DNA of 49,614 nucleotides from a virus (Duplodnaviria > Caudoviricetes): positions 1-49,614 of the IMG/VR virus record IMGVR_UViG_3300050156_000142; one strand, given 5' to 3'. Both the position numbers and the translations under genes were made by a program. Below are positions 28,889-38,092 of the stretch, in pieces (positions within the stretch are counted from its first letter, which is position 1; every line of letters begins with the position of its first letter). The notes below the pieces were generated by a model that had not been told where the DNA came from, did no database searches, and saw only the letters and a program-made list of their open reading frames with translations.

Positions 28889-31558
28889 ATGTCTACCCTA
28901 TCAGTCAACCAGATCTCCCCTACGAACCCTAATTTGCCAGTGGCATTTACAGGGAATCTTTGTCCTACTTGGAATGGGGTACCTTTGAATACTGGGGGGT
29001 CCGGGGGCGGAGGAGGTGGAAGTACTTTCACCCAAACCCTAGAACAACAGTTCTTACCTGCCGGAACTACCCTGGTAACGTTGACCACTGCAACCTACCA
29101 GGTTGGCTCAAATAACCTGTCAGTGTTTGCAAACGGTGTCCGGCTTAGACTGAACTATGACTATAACGAGACCTCGTCTAGCTCCTTTACTCTAACTTCT
29201 GCTTTTGGAGTCCAAGTAGAGCTGGATATATTTATTGGATCAGTGACTGGGACGGCGAACCCTGCGGTTCAACAGAATGTTGAAAGTAAGGTGACCACTG
29301 CTGGGCAGACAGTTATACCTCTTACCTCGATTTCATACACTCCAGGTTCAAACAACTTAACAGTTTTTGCAAATGGTATCCGGCTAAGAAAAATCGACGA
29401 TTATCTAGAGACCAATGCTTCAGCTATAACTCTGGTCACAGCTCTTCCTGTTGGCACTGAGATAGACTTAGTAGTAGGTCTCATTTCAGGTACAGGTTCT
29501 GTTGCAGCCCTGCAGTCTAACTTGGCAGCTACCACTACTGGGTCAGGATCTGCCCTGGTAGGAAGTGAGGATGCAGGTGGGTACTTTACCTCAACAACTC
29601 AGGAAGGTATCAATCAAGAGTTAGGTCGTCGTCAGCGAAGTGTTCTTGCAGGGTTTACTTCTGTAGAGCGTACCGACGCGCTTAGTGGATCTCCTACGAT
29701 AGACACTACTACCAAAGTCCAAGCAGCCATTGATTCCGCCGCCTCTGCGGGAGATGTCCTACTTTGGGAGGGAACAGTCCTTACCGGATTACTATCTTCT
29801 TCTTCAAATTCTATCAGGTGGAAATTTAACCCTGGAGCCAAGATTCTCCAAAAAGTAGCAGTGTATGCTGCTAACTCTTGGCATGTTACTTTATCTGGAA
29901 ACGGGGTTGTCCTTGACGGTATCGATCTAGATGGAAACCAATCAGCCATGACCAATAGTACGTATGGGTCTAACGGTTTGAATCTATCCGGCACCAGCCC
30001 AATGATAACTCGGTATCGGGTTCGAAATTATAACGGGGTTGGTTATAACGTTTCTGGTGCAAACGCTCCCGGGACTCGCAGAGGTCTATTCTCAGAAGGC
30101 ATTTGCGAGGGCAACGCTGGAGTTGGCCTCCAAACTATTGCGGCGTCTTTTGTAGATTTCATCGGATGTTGGCATGATCGAAACGGCTATGGCTTCCAGA
30201 AGACTAGAGCTAACTACGCCGACACTACTCATGGATTTGTAGGATTTGGGGTTGCGCTGAGGCTAAGGTCTCACCACATTACTTTCCTCGGAGGCGGGTG
30301 CCGGGACAACGGGCGGGATGGCTTAAACGTCAACCAAGGCTCTTATGCTATCAAGCATATCGGAGTTCTTTGCCACGGTAATGATGATGGAGGATTTACT
30401 ATCGCATCAGATAGTACAGGGAGTGGTTTACCAGGAGAAGGCGAAGCTTGCTACGATATAGAATACACAAACTGTGAATCCTATAATAACTACACTTCGG
30501 GATTGGTAGCGTATCAACCCACACATAATGTAACCGTTTCCGGAGGCAGATACTATAACAACCATAGACTTGCAGGAAACTTGGCTGCAGCTGCCAGCTA
30601 CTGTAACGGTATTTACTTTGCTGCCGGTTCTACGGGTATATCTGTCAATACAAAGACTTATGATGAGCGGCAGTCTAGGATTATTACTGCGTCCTCCTCT
30701 GGGGTACTGACTGCTACTGGTTGGGTAGCCGGCACTATGAACTACTACCCTAAGGTAGTTATCTATGACGGAACAGGCCAAACAATTCGTGGATACGGCA
30801 AGATTACGGCAGAGTCTGCAGGCTCGGTAACAATTGCTACTACCTCGTTTAACGGAGTTACCTTATCTGCGATTGCGGTAGGGGACTATGTTACTCAAGC
30901 GGTTCAACATGCAGGAGTATCTTTAGACAACAATTGTCAAGGGGTAGTTTCTGCAGATGGGTTTGGGCACAGAGGGGGCGTAGGTTTCGGGGGGTATTTA
31001 GTCCTTTCCGGGGCTAATGCTAATGGACAAAATGTGCTCCTCCCTCAGGAACGCCATGATCCAACTGAGCTGATTACCAACTCGACTTTTGACGCAGGAA
31101 TTACTAACTGGACTACTAACCTTCCTACTGGAGCAAGTGCTACTGCACAGACCACTGCACCTGTCCGGTCAGCAGGAGGCCTTAAGCTCATAGGAGGCAC
31201 TTCTGCAGTTGCTCAAGCTGACTCTGCCACTATTACAGGGGCATTGGCTGCATCACAAGGAGCTTTTGTAGAAGGATCTATTTGGTGCTACGCCTCTGCA
31301 AGGGGAGATGCTACTCTGTATCTGTTCTACCACAATGGATCTCAGTATTTTGCAACTACGATAACCCACCCGGGTGGTGGTTGGAGGCTACTCCGAGTAG
31401 GAGGGTTTGTACCTCCAGGTGCTACTGCTACACCTTTCCTCAGAGTAGAGGCTGCGATTGGGAAAACTACCTATTGGGACTCCTCCTCTCTAAAGAGTAT
31501 TTCAGTTCATGCAGACAACAGAGAGTACTCCCCTGTAAGCCGTACCCTGATTCTTTAA
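28889..31558 (+). CDS. Large tailspike with two adaptor repeats, beta-helix and C-terminal carbohydrate-binding-like domain
   Basis: MSTLSVNQI start paralogous to 25599 and 26372; two VFANG.RLR...DY.ET repeats; ELITNSTFDAG...W domain. Confidence 0.75.
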   Translation: MSTLSVNQISPTNPNLPVAFTGNLCPTWNGVPLNTGGSGGGGGGSTFTQTLEQQFLPAGTTLVTLTTATYQVGSNNLSVFANGVRLRLNYDYNETSSSSFTLTSAFGVQVELDIFIGSVTGTANPAVQQNVESKVTTAGQTVIPLTSISYTPGSNNLTVFANGIRLRKIDDYLETNASAITLVTALPVGTEIDLVVGLISGTGSVAALQSNLAATTTGSGSALVGSEDAGGYFTSTTQEGINQELGRRQRSVLAGFTSVERTDALSGSPTIDTTTKVQAAIDSAASAGDVLLWEGTVLTGLLSSSSNSIRWKFNPGAKILQKVAVYAANSWHVTLSGNGVVLDGIDLDGNQSAMTNSTYGSNGLNLSGTSPMITRYRVRNYNGVGYNVSGANAPGTRRGLFSEGICEGNAGVGLQTIAASFVDFIGCWHDRNGYGFQKTRANYADTTHGFVGFGVALRLRSHHITFLGGGCRDNGRDGLNVNQGSYAIKHIGVLCHGNDDGGFTIASDSTGSGLPGEGEACYDIEYTNCESYNNYTSGLVAYQPTHNVTVSGGRYYNNHRLAGNLAAAASYCNGIYFAAGSTGISVNTKTYDERQSRIITASSSGVLTATGWVAGTMNYYPKVVIYDGTGQTIRGYGKITAESAGSVTIATTSFNGVTLSAIAVGDYVTQAVQHAGVSLDNNCQGVVSADGFGHRGGVGFGGYLVLSGANANGQNVLLPQERHDPTELITNSTFDAGITNWTTNLPTGASATAQTTAPVRSAGGLKLIGGTSAVAQADSATITGALAASQGAFVEGSIWCYASARGDATLYLFYHNGSQYFATTITHPGGGWRLLRVGGFVPPGATATPFLRVEAAIGKTTYWDSSSLKSISVHADNREYSPVSRTLIL

Positions 31559-31575
31559 TATAAGCCAGCCTCGAT

Positions 31576-33321
31576 ATGTCCTCAAACGCCTATAAAAACT
31601 CTGTATTTCCTAACACCTTAGCTTTGACCTCAGTAGGTGCTGGGGCATCTCAGGTAGGAGTAAATGACTCCCCCAATTACCTAACCGGGACTAATCTAGA
31701 AGCAGTCACCCAAGAACTGGTTATTACATTGCTGAAAGGCGCCGTAGTAGATTCTGTGGCTACGCTTAGAACTTTGAATAAGAACGGAAGGTCTCAGGTG
31801 GTTACCTTAGGGTACTACGCTGCAGGGGATCAGGGTCAGGCCATCTATAGGTATGATGCTTCTGATACTTCTAGCGCCGATAATGGGGGGACAGTTATCG
31901 TAGCTGCAGATGGGGGTAGGTATAAGCTTGTCCACCAAGGCTCAGTTAATGTACGTCAGTTCGGGGCAAAGGGGGACGGCACTACAAACGACAATGCCGC
32001 CATTCAGGCCGCACTCTCCTCGGGTATACCGGAAATTGTTATCCCAATCGGAGGAACCTTTGGAGTCACAGGTCTTTCTGCAGTCCCCTCTCAAGTTATC
32101 CGCCTCTACGGTAAGCTAAAAAAGCTGTCAGGGACTTCCCCTATTCTCATATTAGACGATAACACTAAGCTGCTAGGCCCAGGGGAAATCGACGGTAACT
32201 CGGTAACTTGTGACGGTATTTTTGCTGCAGGTAAGACTGGTAATCGGATTCAAGGCATCAATATTCACAATGTCGGGGGTAAAATTATAGGCTTTTACTC
32301 CGCGTGTACTAAATACTCTATTCTTGAGAATACGGTTACTACCGCTACGGGGCAAGGGATAAGTGTCGAGTACGGCGGGTACGGGTTGATTCAAGGAAAC
32401 TATGTAGAAGGGGTTCTTCACGGGATTCAATGGTGGGGAGGGGACTCTGCCGCATCATCTACCATTGGGATCAATTCCTTAATCGTATCTTCCAATATCG
32501 TCAAGAACCCTACTTACGGGGGAATCTGGGGGTCCTTAGGTAGCAATATCAGCGTGACTGGAAATTACGTTGAGGGTTGCCCCGACGTAGGTATTGACTT
32601 TGAAGGTTGCGTAGGATTTACTTGCACCGGTAACACTGCCAAAGAGTGCGGTAATGGATGCTATGCGGTATTCTTCGGTGCCAATGGGGGGGTATTTTCA
32701 GGAAATACTGCCATCAACGAAACTTCGTTAGGATCAGGGTTTTACGCTACTACAAATGGGACATATACTAATCGATATGTTACCATTACTAATAACAACT
32801 TCAAGGTTAAAGCTATGGGAATCTACGCAGATCCGAATGGTGGAAGGTCCTTGTCCAACTCTGTAATCTCTCAAAACCAAATCGTGTCCACTGGGGGGTA
32901 TCGGCCCATTTCTATTTTTGAAAATGTAAATCTGGTTATCGATGGAAACCACTTGACCTCGGTAGGATCCGGGGTGGGTATCGGCCTAGAGGGGGTATCT
33001 TCTTCTAAAGTTACTAACAACTGGATTGCAGGATTCAGTGATACTTCTAATAACCCTGCAGTATCTGGGGGAATTTACCTGTACAGAAGATCCAATTCTT
33101 GGCCCAGTCAAAGCAATATTATTCGAGGAAATAGAATAGACTCTTTTGTGTATTCTATCACTGATAACCCCTCGGGAGATGTTACTCAATCTAAAAATGA
33201 CATTGAGCATAACCAAGTTACTAATGTCTACCGGGCAACCGGGGGGGCTTATACCGGGGTGGTTACCAATAATTTGAACATCTATTCTCCGACCGTAGCG
33301 GTTTCTGCAACTACGTTCTAA
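31576..33321 (+). CDS. Tailspike, right-handed beta-helix
   Basis: LGYYAAGD...DNGG module, VNVRQFGAKGDG, many xxGN repeats. Confidence 0.8.
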   Translation: MSSNAYKNSVFPNTLALTSVGAGASQVGVNDSPNYLTGTNLEAVTQELVITLLKGAVVDSVATLRTLNKNGRSQVVTLGYYAAGDQGQAIYRYDASDTSSADNGGTVIVAADGGRYKLVHQGSVNVRQFGAKGDGTTNDNAAIQAALSSGIPEIVIPIGGTFGVTGLSAVPSQVIRLYGKLKKLSGTSPILILDDNTKLLGPGEIDGNSVTCDGIFAAGKTGNRIQGINIHNVGGKIIGFYSACTKYSILENTVTTATGQGISVEYGGYGLIQGNYVEGVLHGIQWWGGDSAASSTIGINSLIVSSNIVKNPTYGGIWGSLGSNISVTGNYVEGCPDVGIDFEGCVGFTCTGNTAKECGNGCYAVFFGANGGVFSGNTAINETSLGSGFYATTNGTYTNRYVTITNNNFKVKAMGIYADPNGGRSLSNSVISQNQIVSTGGYRPISIFENVNLVIDGNHLTSVGSGVGIGLEGVSSSKVTNNWIAGFSDTSNNPAVSGGIYLYRRSNSWPSQSNIIRGNRIDSFVYSITDNPSGDVTQSKNDIEHNQVTNVYRATGGAYTGVVTNNLNIYSPTVAVSATTF

Positions 33322-33345
33322 ACTTAGAGTAGGACTGGCTTTTCT

Positions 33346-33864
33346 ATGGAACAACTACCTTTAACCCACTTATCTGTTTCTAAGATCCTTTCGGTAGCCA
33401 GGCCTTTAATCAAGAGATTTGAAGGCTTTAGAGAAAGGCCGTATCTTTGCTCAGCCGGGGTTCCTACGATAGGATACGGATCTACTTACTACCTAGATGG
33501 TAGACGAGTGACTTTAAAGGACGCCCCAATCCCTGAACCTGAAGCGGAGAAACTTTTAGACGCTACTATTATCCGGACATACCTGCCGGGGGTTTTAGAG
33601 TTTTGTCCAGGCTTGGCAAATGAAGCTCAGGCTGCGGCAGTACTTGACTTTTGTTATAACCTAGGGGTAGGTAAGCTTAGAAGTAGTACCTTGCGCAGGA
33701 AGATTAATAGCGGGGATTACCCAGGCGCTGCAAATGAGTTTCTCAAATGGAACCTTGCTGCAGGTCGACCTGTCAGGGGATTAACTATTCGGTGCATGGC
33801 CAGGAAGGCATTATTTTTATCAGTTCCGGTAGAAGACGATTTTGATACTGCAACAGCTTCTTAA
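33346..33864 (+). CDS. Endolysin, GH24 phage lysozyme
   Basis: FEG...YLCSAGVPTIGYG (E-x8-C-x5-T), FCYNLG, SSTL, W, GL..R. Confidence 0.92.
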   Translation: MEQLPLTHLSVSKILSVARPLIKRFEGFRERPYLCSAGVPTIGYGSTYYLDGRRVTLKDAPIPEPEAEKLLDATIIRTYLPGVLEFCPGLANEAQAAAVLDFCYNLGVGKLRSSTLRRKINSGDYPGAANEFLKWNLAAGRPVRGLTIRCMARKALFLSVPVEDDFDTATAS

Positions 33865-33882
33865 AATAGGAGTTATCGCATC

Positions 33883-34257
33883 ATGTCAGAACCTCATTCC
33901 ACTCTCGTAGGTACCGGCCTTGCCGCTGCCGCTACTGTTATCCTTGGCCCGGTGCTAGGAGAATACGCTGTTATCTTAGGCTTAGGCTTACTGGGAACAT
34001 TAGTCGCTCTCTCTGAGTCTGACGCTAGTGACTTTAAGACTTCTTGCTGGTTCCTGTTCCGAGGAGTAAGCTTTAGCTTTGTATTCACCGGGGCACTTAC
34101 TTGGTTCCTATTGAAGTCTTTACCTGACAGTCTAGGATTTACTCCTTATGCCGTCATGGGTATGGTGTCTTTCGGAATAGGCTGGACCAGTGACCGTTGG
34201 GCATCAATTAAGGAAACTATTGTCAATAGAATCAGCAGCATAGGGGTGAAGAAGTGA
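33883..34257 (+). CDS. Putative holin (multi-TM)
   Basis: 3-4 hydrophobic segments, basic C-terminus, directly after endolysin, AGGAG SD. Confidence 0.55.
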   Translation: MSEPHSTLVGTGLAAAATVILGPVLGEYAVILGLGLLGTLVALSESDASDFKTSCWFLFRGVSFSFVFTGALTWFLLKSLPDSLGFTPYAVMGMVSFGIGWTSDRWASIKETIVNRISSIGVKK

Positions 34258-34742
34258 CCGTTCTACTTTTACTGGGTGCATTCTGTGCAGCCCTGGGTAT
34301 CTGGGCGTTGTCCACTCATACTAAAGGGTTGCATATAAGTATTCGAGCTTCGATCATTACCCTGGCAAGCTTAGGGTTTTATATGATCTGGTATAGCCTA
34401 GCTTCTCAGTACCCAGTAGTCACTGACAGTGAGCTTCATATCCGTAAAGTTGATCAAGAAAAGATACAAGTCAGTATCGTAGTAGATAACATTCGAGACT
34501 GCAGATTCGAGTCTATGGATGCCTATGCAGTTGATAGTTTTGGGTACGCCTCCCGCGCAGTATGGTATAATCAGTCAGACTTGGATCCTAGCGTGCCAAA
34601 AGCAAAGGGATTGAATGATCTAGGCGAAATCTCAGTCATTCTCCCTAACCGGAAAATCACCCAGGTTTACTTCCTGGCCCACCATACTTGCCCTTTTGGC
34701 TTCCAGGTTGAAACGAAGTTCGGACAAATCAACTTGGAGTAA
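34254..34742 (+). CDS. Membrane-anchored protein of lysis cassette
   Basis: Two N-terminal TMs and soluble domain with two Cys; GTGA overlap. Confidence 0.55.
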   Translation: MTVLLLLGAFCAALGIWALSTHTKGLHISIRASIITLASLGFYMIWYSLASQYPVVTDSELHIRKVDQEKIQVSIVVDNIRDCRFESMDAYAVDSFGYASRAVWYNQSDLDPSVPKAKGLNDLGEISVILPNRKITQVYFLAHHTCPFGFQVETKFGQINLE

Positions 34743-34745
34743 CCA

Positions 34746-35381
34746 TTGTCCCTCTATAAGAACGCATCCATCCTGCAAGGACAAACTTGCGTCCTCTCTT
34801 TTGAGATCGTTGATGACACTGACCTCCCTATGAATTTGACGGGGAAAGTCATTAGTCTAAACATCTTTGATACCACTCAAACCCTGCTTCTAACAAAGAA
34901 CGTAAGCTCAACCTCTACGGCAGGCTTGGTTTCTTTTAGCCTCAACCCGGTTGAGACCTTTGTCATCCCGGATGGAAACGTGTATTACCGAATCCTTATC
35001 GGAGATACTGACACTACGCTGAAGCCTTTCTACAGAGGATTCTTGACCTGCGAAGTACCTGAATACTCTTCTGGAAACGGCTCGATTCAAGGTAACGTCA
35101 CAGTTCTTCCAGACGGTACCCTATACGCACTAAGTCCTGTAACGATTCAACCAGGTGTTTGGTACGCTTGCAATAGCTTCTATCACTTCTTAGTGACCGG
35201 GGTAGGTTCTATGACTATGGACGGCAAGGACTTGGCAGGGGGTATTTTTGGTAGTGTAAGTACTTGGATCAATTCCAGCTCTGACCCTACTGCTTGGCTG
35301 CCTAACTTGACTGGAATGCAAGCTTTTCGGATTAACATAGTTTCCGGCGGGAATACAGTCTCGGTTAAATACCTGCCTTAA
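34746..35381 (+). CDS. Structural protein with BppU-like N-terminal domain
   Basis: QG.T..L.F...D....PMNLTG...G.V.F.L...T...G...Y pattern. Confidence 0.5.
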   Translation: MSLYKNASILQGQTCVLSFEIVDDTDLPMNLTGKVISLNIFDTTQTLLLTKNVSSTSTAGLVSFSLNPVETFVIPDGNVYYRILIGDTDTTLKPFYRGFLTCEVPEYSSGNGSIQGNVTVLPDGTLYALSPVTIQPGVWYACNSFYHFLVTGVGSMTMDGKDLAGGIFGSVSTWINSSSDPTAWLPNLTGMQAFRINIVSGGNTVSVKYLP

Positions 35382-35382
35382 T

Positions 35383-35416
35383 CTAAAAAAACCTAGTGAA
35401 GACTAGGTTTTTTTAG
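35383..35416. terminator. Bidirectional terminator at convergence of morphogenesis and metabolism blocks
   Basis: CTAAAAAAACCTAGT-GAAG-ACTAGGTTTTTTTAG perfect inverted repeat. Confidence 0.85.
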
Positions 35417-36103
35417 TTACGTCCTTACATTCAACCCCAGCCAGTCTTTATTATTAAAGACCCAAGCTATGACTGTTTTTACCATATCGTCCGTCGTCTG
35501 TCTGCCGTCTAGTCGAACATAGTTGTTCGGGGCGTAAGAGATACGTTCCTCATAGGCATCTTTGACAGCCTGGAAGAAGTCTTCCCTCCGTAGGTCATAG
35601 GAGTCTAGCTCAGACCCTCGTGCAGGGGCGTTAAGGCGGGCTACAGCCGTTTCTACGGGGATGTCTATATAGAAGGTGATGTCCGGCTTTGGCTTTCCAT
35701 GATACAAAGTTTGTACTTCTTGGATCAAACTTGGCCTGAACCCTGCAACCGTTTGGTAAGCCCAGGCAGAGTCCGCATGGCGGTCAGAGAGGGCTATAAG
35801 AGGTTCAGACCTAGGAGAGTCTTTCAAAGCTTGAAGAAAGGACAGGCCTTCATTTCGACTCGCTTCTGTCAAGAGAAACCTTACCTCTTCAGAGATTTTC
35901 AAGGAAGGGTCCTTTAGGATGGATCGAATCCTTTCTCCAACTTCGGTACCTCCCGGCTGTCGCAGGGAGATTACCTTGGTGTCAAAGATGACAGGCAGTG
36001 CCTTTTCAAGCTCTTTGACAAGGGTGGTTTTTCCGCTACCATCAATACCTTCGACGACGAAGAACCGGAAGGTTTTGGATTTAGGTTGATTTTGCATTTT
36101 CAA
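35417..36103 (-). CDS. tmk: Thymidylate kinase
   Basis: EGIDGSGKTT P-loop, R.PGGT..GE.IR, DRH..S..AYQ, PDITFYID. Confidence 0.92.
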   Translation of the reverse strand: MKMQNQPKSKTFRFFVVEGIDGSGKTTLVKELEKALPVIFDTKVISLRQPGGTEVGERIRSILKDPSLKISEEVRFLLTEASRNEGLSFLQALKDSPRSEPLIALSDRHADSAWAYQTVAGFRPSLIQEVQTLYHGKPKPDITFYIDIPVETAVARLNAPARGSELDSYDLRREDFFQAVKDAYEERISYAPNNYVRLDGRQTTDDMVKTVIAWVFNNKDWLGLNVRT

Positions 36104-36954
36104 AGGTCCTGTTGATAAAGTTCGGATAAAGCTTGAATACTAATCCTAGCACCTGCGGAATTTCGGTGGCCCCCTCCACCTAACTCTTTTGCGAAAGGGG
36201 TAACATCAAAGTCGCCTACTGATCTAAAGGAAAGCACGGCTTCTCCGGTAGAGGATATTGAATAGACAACTGCGAAGTCTATTGGCCAAGACTTACACAG
36301 GGCGTTCCCGATCTCGGAAGTAAGGTGTGTCGTGTTGACCAACGCGACATTGCCTAGATGATTTCCCCAGTGAGATAGGAACTTGATGTTTGGATAGCCA
36401 GTGGCTCGGTTGATTTCAAGGTCCTGGTAATCTGAAATGGCTGCTCCAGATTCTTCTATCCGGCCAGGGGCCGTTTCCAGCTCCCCTGCAAAACTCTCAA
36501 GTACCTGCATGGATTCCCCGTGAAGTCGCAAGAAGTTCAGGATATCTCGAGTACCTGGGAGTTTCCAAGTCCAAAGGTCTCGATCTTGAATGTGTTTGAG
36601 TAGAGTCGGGACTTCTACCTCCGGGTGAAAGTATTCCCAAGAAAGAACTGCCCCTGACTTGGTGTTATCAAAAATCAGGTAAGGTTCCCCTTGGAGGTTC
36701 TCCTCCGCAGTCTTGTGATGGTCTATGACCAACAGCTTGGCTGCACGAGCATGCTCGTTTCGCAAAGGCTCCTTCGGGTAACTGAAGTCTAGGATGTAAA
36801 CTTCGCTACCTTCTGGGATTTCTGGGAAGGGTTGATTATAAGCTACTGCCAGGTAATTAGCCTGGTCTCCAAACTTTTTCCAAGCTGAGTACTTGGCACC
36901 TAAGCCATCGAGGCAGTTGGCATGGTAGAGGACGTACATATTTGGGTTTTGCAT
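36100..36954 (-). CDS. DHH/DHHA1 phosphoesterase (nanoRNase-like)
   Basis: YHANCLDG, ILDFS, IDHH, DRDLW, SFRS, GGGGH..AG. Confidence 0.88.
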   Translation of the reverse strand: MQNPNMYVLYHANCLDGLGAKYSAWKKFGDQANYLAVAYNQPFPEIPEGSEVYILDFSYPKEPLRNEHARAAKLLVIDHHKTAEENLQGEPYLIFDNTKSGAVLSWEYFHPEVEVPTLLKHIQDRDLWTWKLPGTRDILNFLRLHGESMQVLESFAGELETAPGRIEESGAAISDYQDLEINRATGYPNIKFLSHWGNHLGNVALVNTTHLTSEIGNALCKSWPIDFAVVYSISSTGEAVLSFRSVGDFDVTPFAKELGGGGHRNSAGARISIQALSELYQQDL

Positions 36955-36998
36955 GAAGAACTTTCGGTTTGAGGGGGGCAGGGGTAGGTGGGTGGGTT

Positions 36999-37038
36999 AA
37001 AAAAGAAGCCTAGTGTTTTGTATCTACTAGGCTTCTTT
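36999..37038 (-). terminator. Intrinsic terminator ending the tRNA/ncRNA operon
   Basis: 13-bp stem AAAGAAGCCTAGT/ACTAGGCTTCTTT followed by T-run on minus strand. Confidence 0.8.
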
Positions 37039-37039
37039 G

Positions 37040-37597
37040 GGACGTTGACTTGGTTCAGAGATCTCGGGACTGCAGTTATCTATAGGCTCCAGGATCCGCA
37101 GTCCGTCGGCCGCCGGGATCCCCCAGGCAGTCACAGACTGCCCAATTATAGGAACGTAGTAGCTACGCTCCTTGGCATAGAAGAGTCTGCCTTCTATGAA
37201 ACGTCAAGGGTTTCACAGAGACAGCCTCAGCCGCTAATACTCAACGTTGGAAAAAAGTGCTAATCCTGGACGATTCCTCGTCGGTCTCGAGGTTTCTTTT
37301 TAAGAAAGCTCGACAAGATAAAGAGCGTAGTATCTACACCTCATGTCAAATGTACGATTAGCTTTGATTCGGGTCGGTTCTTTTAAACGCACTCGCTGGA
37401 TTCTAGGCGCAGGACTGCAGGTTATATATAACTTATAAACCTATAAACCGGCAGCCAGGCGGAGTCAGAAATCCAGTTGGTCCCGGGCGTAGCCCGGAGT
37501 TCTTAAGGGCATAGTAACTACGCTCTAACTTCGGAAGTACTGCGTCGCAAGCATGAGAGGGAAAGGAACCGAAACCTCTCATGCCCACCTAGCGGAA
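37040..37597 (-). ncRNA. Candidate large (~560 nt) structured ncRNA, family unassigned
   Basis: Ten or more helices including long-range pairings, G-U wobbles favouring minus strand, no credible ORF, lies between tRNA cluster and terminator. Confidence 0.65.
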
Positions 37598-37598
37598 C

Positions 37599-37802
37599 CT
37601 AGGCAAACTTAGGGGTTTGCTTTGATCCTGCTAGGATTTTTTTCCAATCCCCAACCGGCCCAAGCCAAGCCACGCTAGGGGGCTCGGTGTAGGTCAAGGA
37701 GGTAATTTCGTCTGACTCAGAGAAAGCTAGGAATTTCCCAGCTTCGTCTTCTAGGATTGCAAAACCTTCTTCTGGATATTCGACAACTGCGTGAATTGAC
37801 AT
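37599..37802 (-). CDS. Small hypothetical protein (67 aa)
   Basis: ATG 37802 (MSIHAVVEY...) with AGGA upstream; track extension overlaps tRNA-Leu. Confidence 0.55.
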   Translation of the reverse strand: MSIHAVVEYPEEGFAILEDEAGKFLAFSESDEITSLTYTEPPSVAWLGPVGDWKKILAGSKQTPKFA

Positions 37803-37834
37803 GATGCATCCTGTGAAAGTTGAAGGAACAAACG

Positions 37835-37919
37835 TGGTACGCGAGACGAGACTCGAACTCGTATGCCGTGAGGCGCAGGATTTTAAGTCCTGAGTGACTA
37901 CCAATTCCACCACTCGCGC
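37835..37919 (-). tRNA. tRNA-Leu(TAA)
   Basis: 85 nt, GCGCGAG acceptor, CAGGA-CTTAAAA-TCCTG arm, long variable arm, TTCGA, encoded CCA. Confidence 0.95.
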
Positions 37920-37923
37920 GTAT

Positions 37924-38000
37924 TGGTCTTACCTACTGGATTCGAACCAGTGACCTGCAGCTTAGAAGGCTGGTGCTCTATCCAGCTGAGCTAAGGTAAG
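37924..38000 (-). tRNA. tRNA-Arg(TCT)
   Basis: 77 nt cloverleaf, loop CTTCTAA, GGTTCGAAT, CCA. Confidence 0.95.
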
Positions 38001-38010
38001 GTTGAATTTG

Positions 38011-38087
38011 TGGTAGGCCGTGCTGGGCTCGAACCAGCGACCAATGGATTATGAGTCCACTGCTCTGACCAACTGAGCTAACGGCCC
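38011..38087 (-). tRNA. tRNA with CAT anticodon, probably Ile2 (lysidine, reads AUA)
   Basis: 77 nt; GACTCATAATC..TTGGTCGCTGGTTC closely resembles ileX-type tRNAs; lacks initiator features. Confidence 0.88.
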
Positions 38088-38092
38088 AAGCT

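Noticed and set aside
7314-37038. CCTAG/CTAGG stems shared by three terminators as a possible repeat element
   Set aside because: Only 5-8 bp shared with different loops; explained by terminator function
36988-37263. 91-aa plus-strand ORF
   Set aside because: Runs through a terminator and antisense to the structured region; no protein motif
37040-37597. CRISPR array, tmRNA or group I intron interpretation
   Set aside because: No spaced direct repeats, no tRNA-like acceptor/T-arm ends, no interrupted gene or recognisable intron core
37803-37913. 5' extension of ORF 37599..37913
   Set aside because: Overlaps tRNA-Leu
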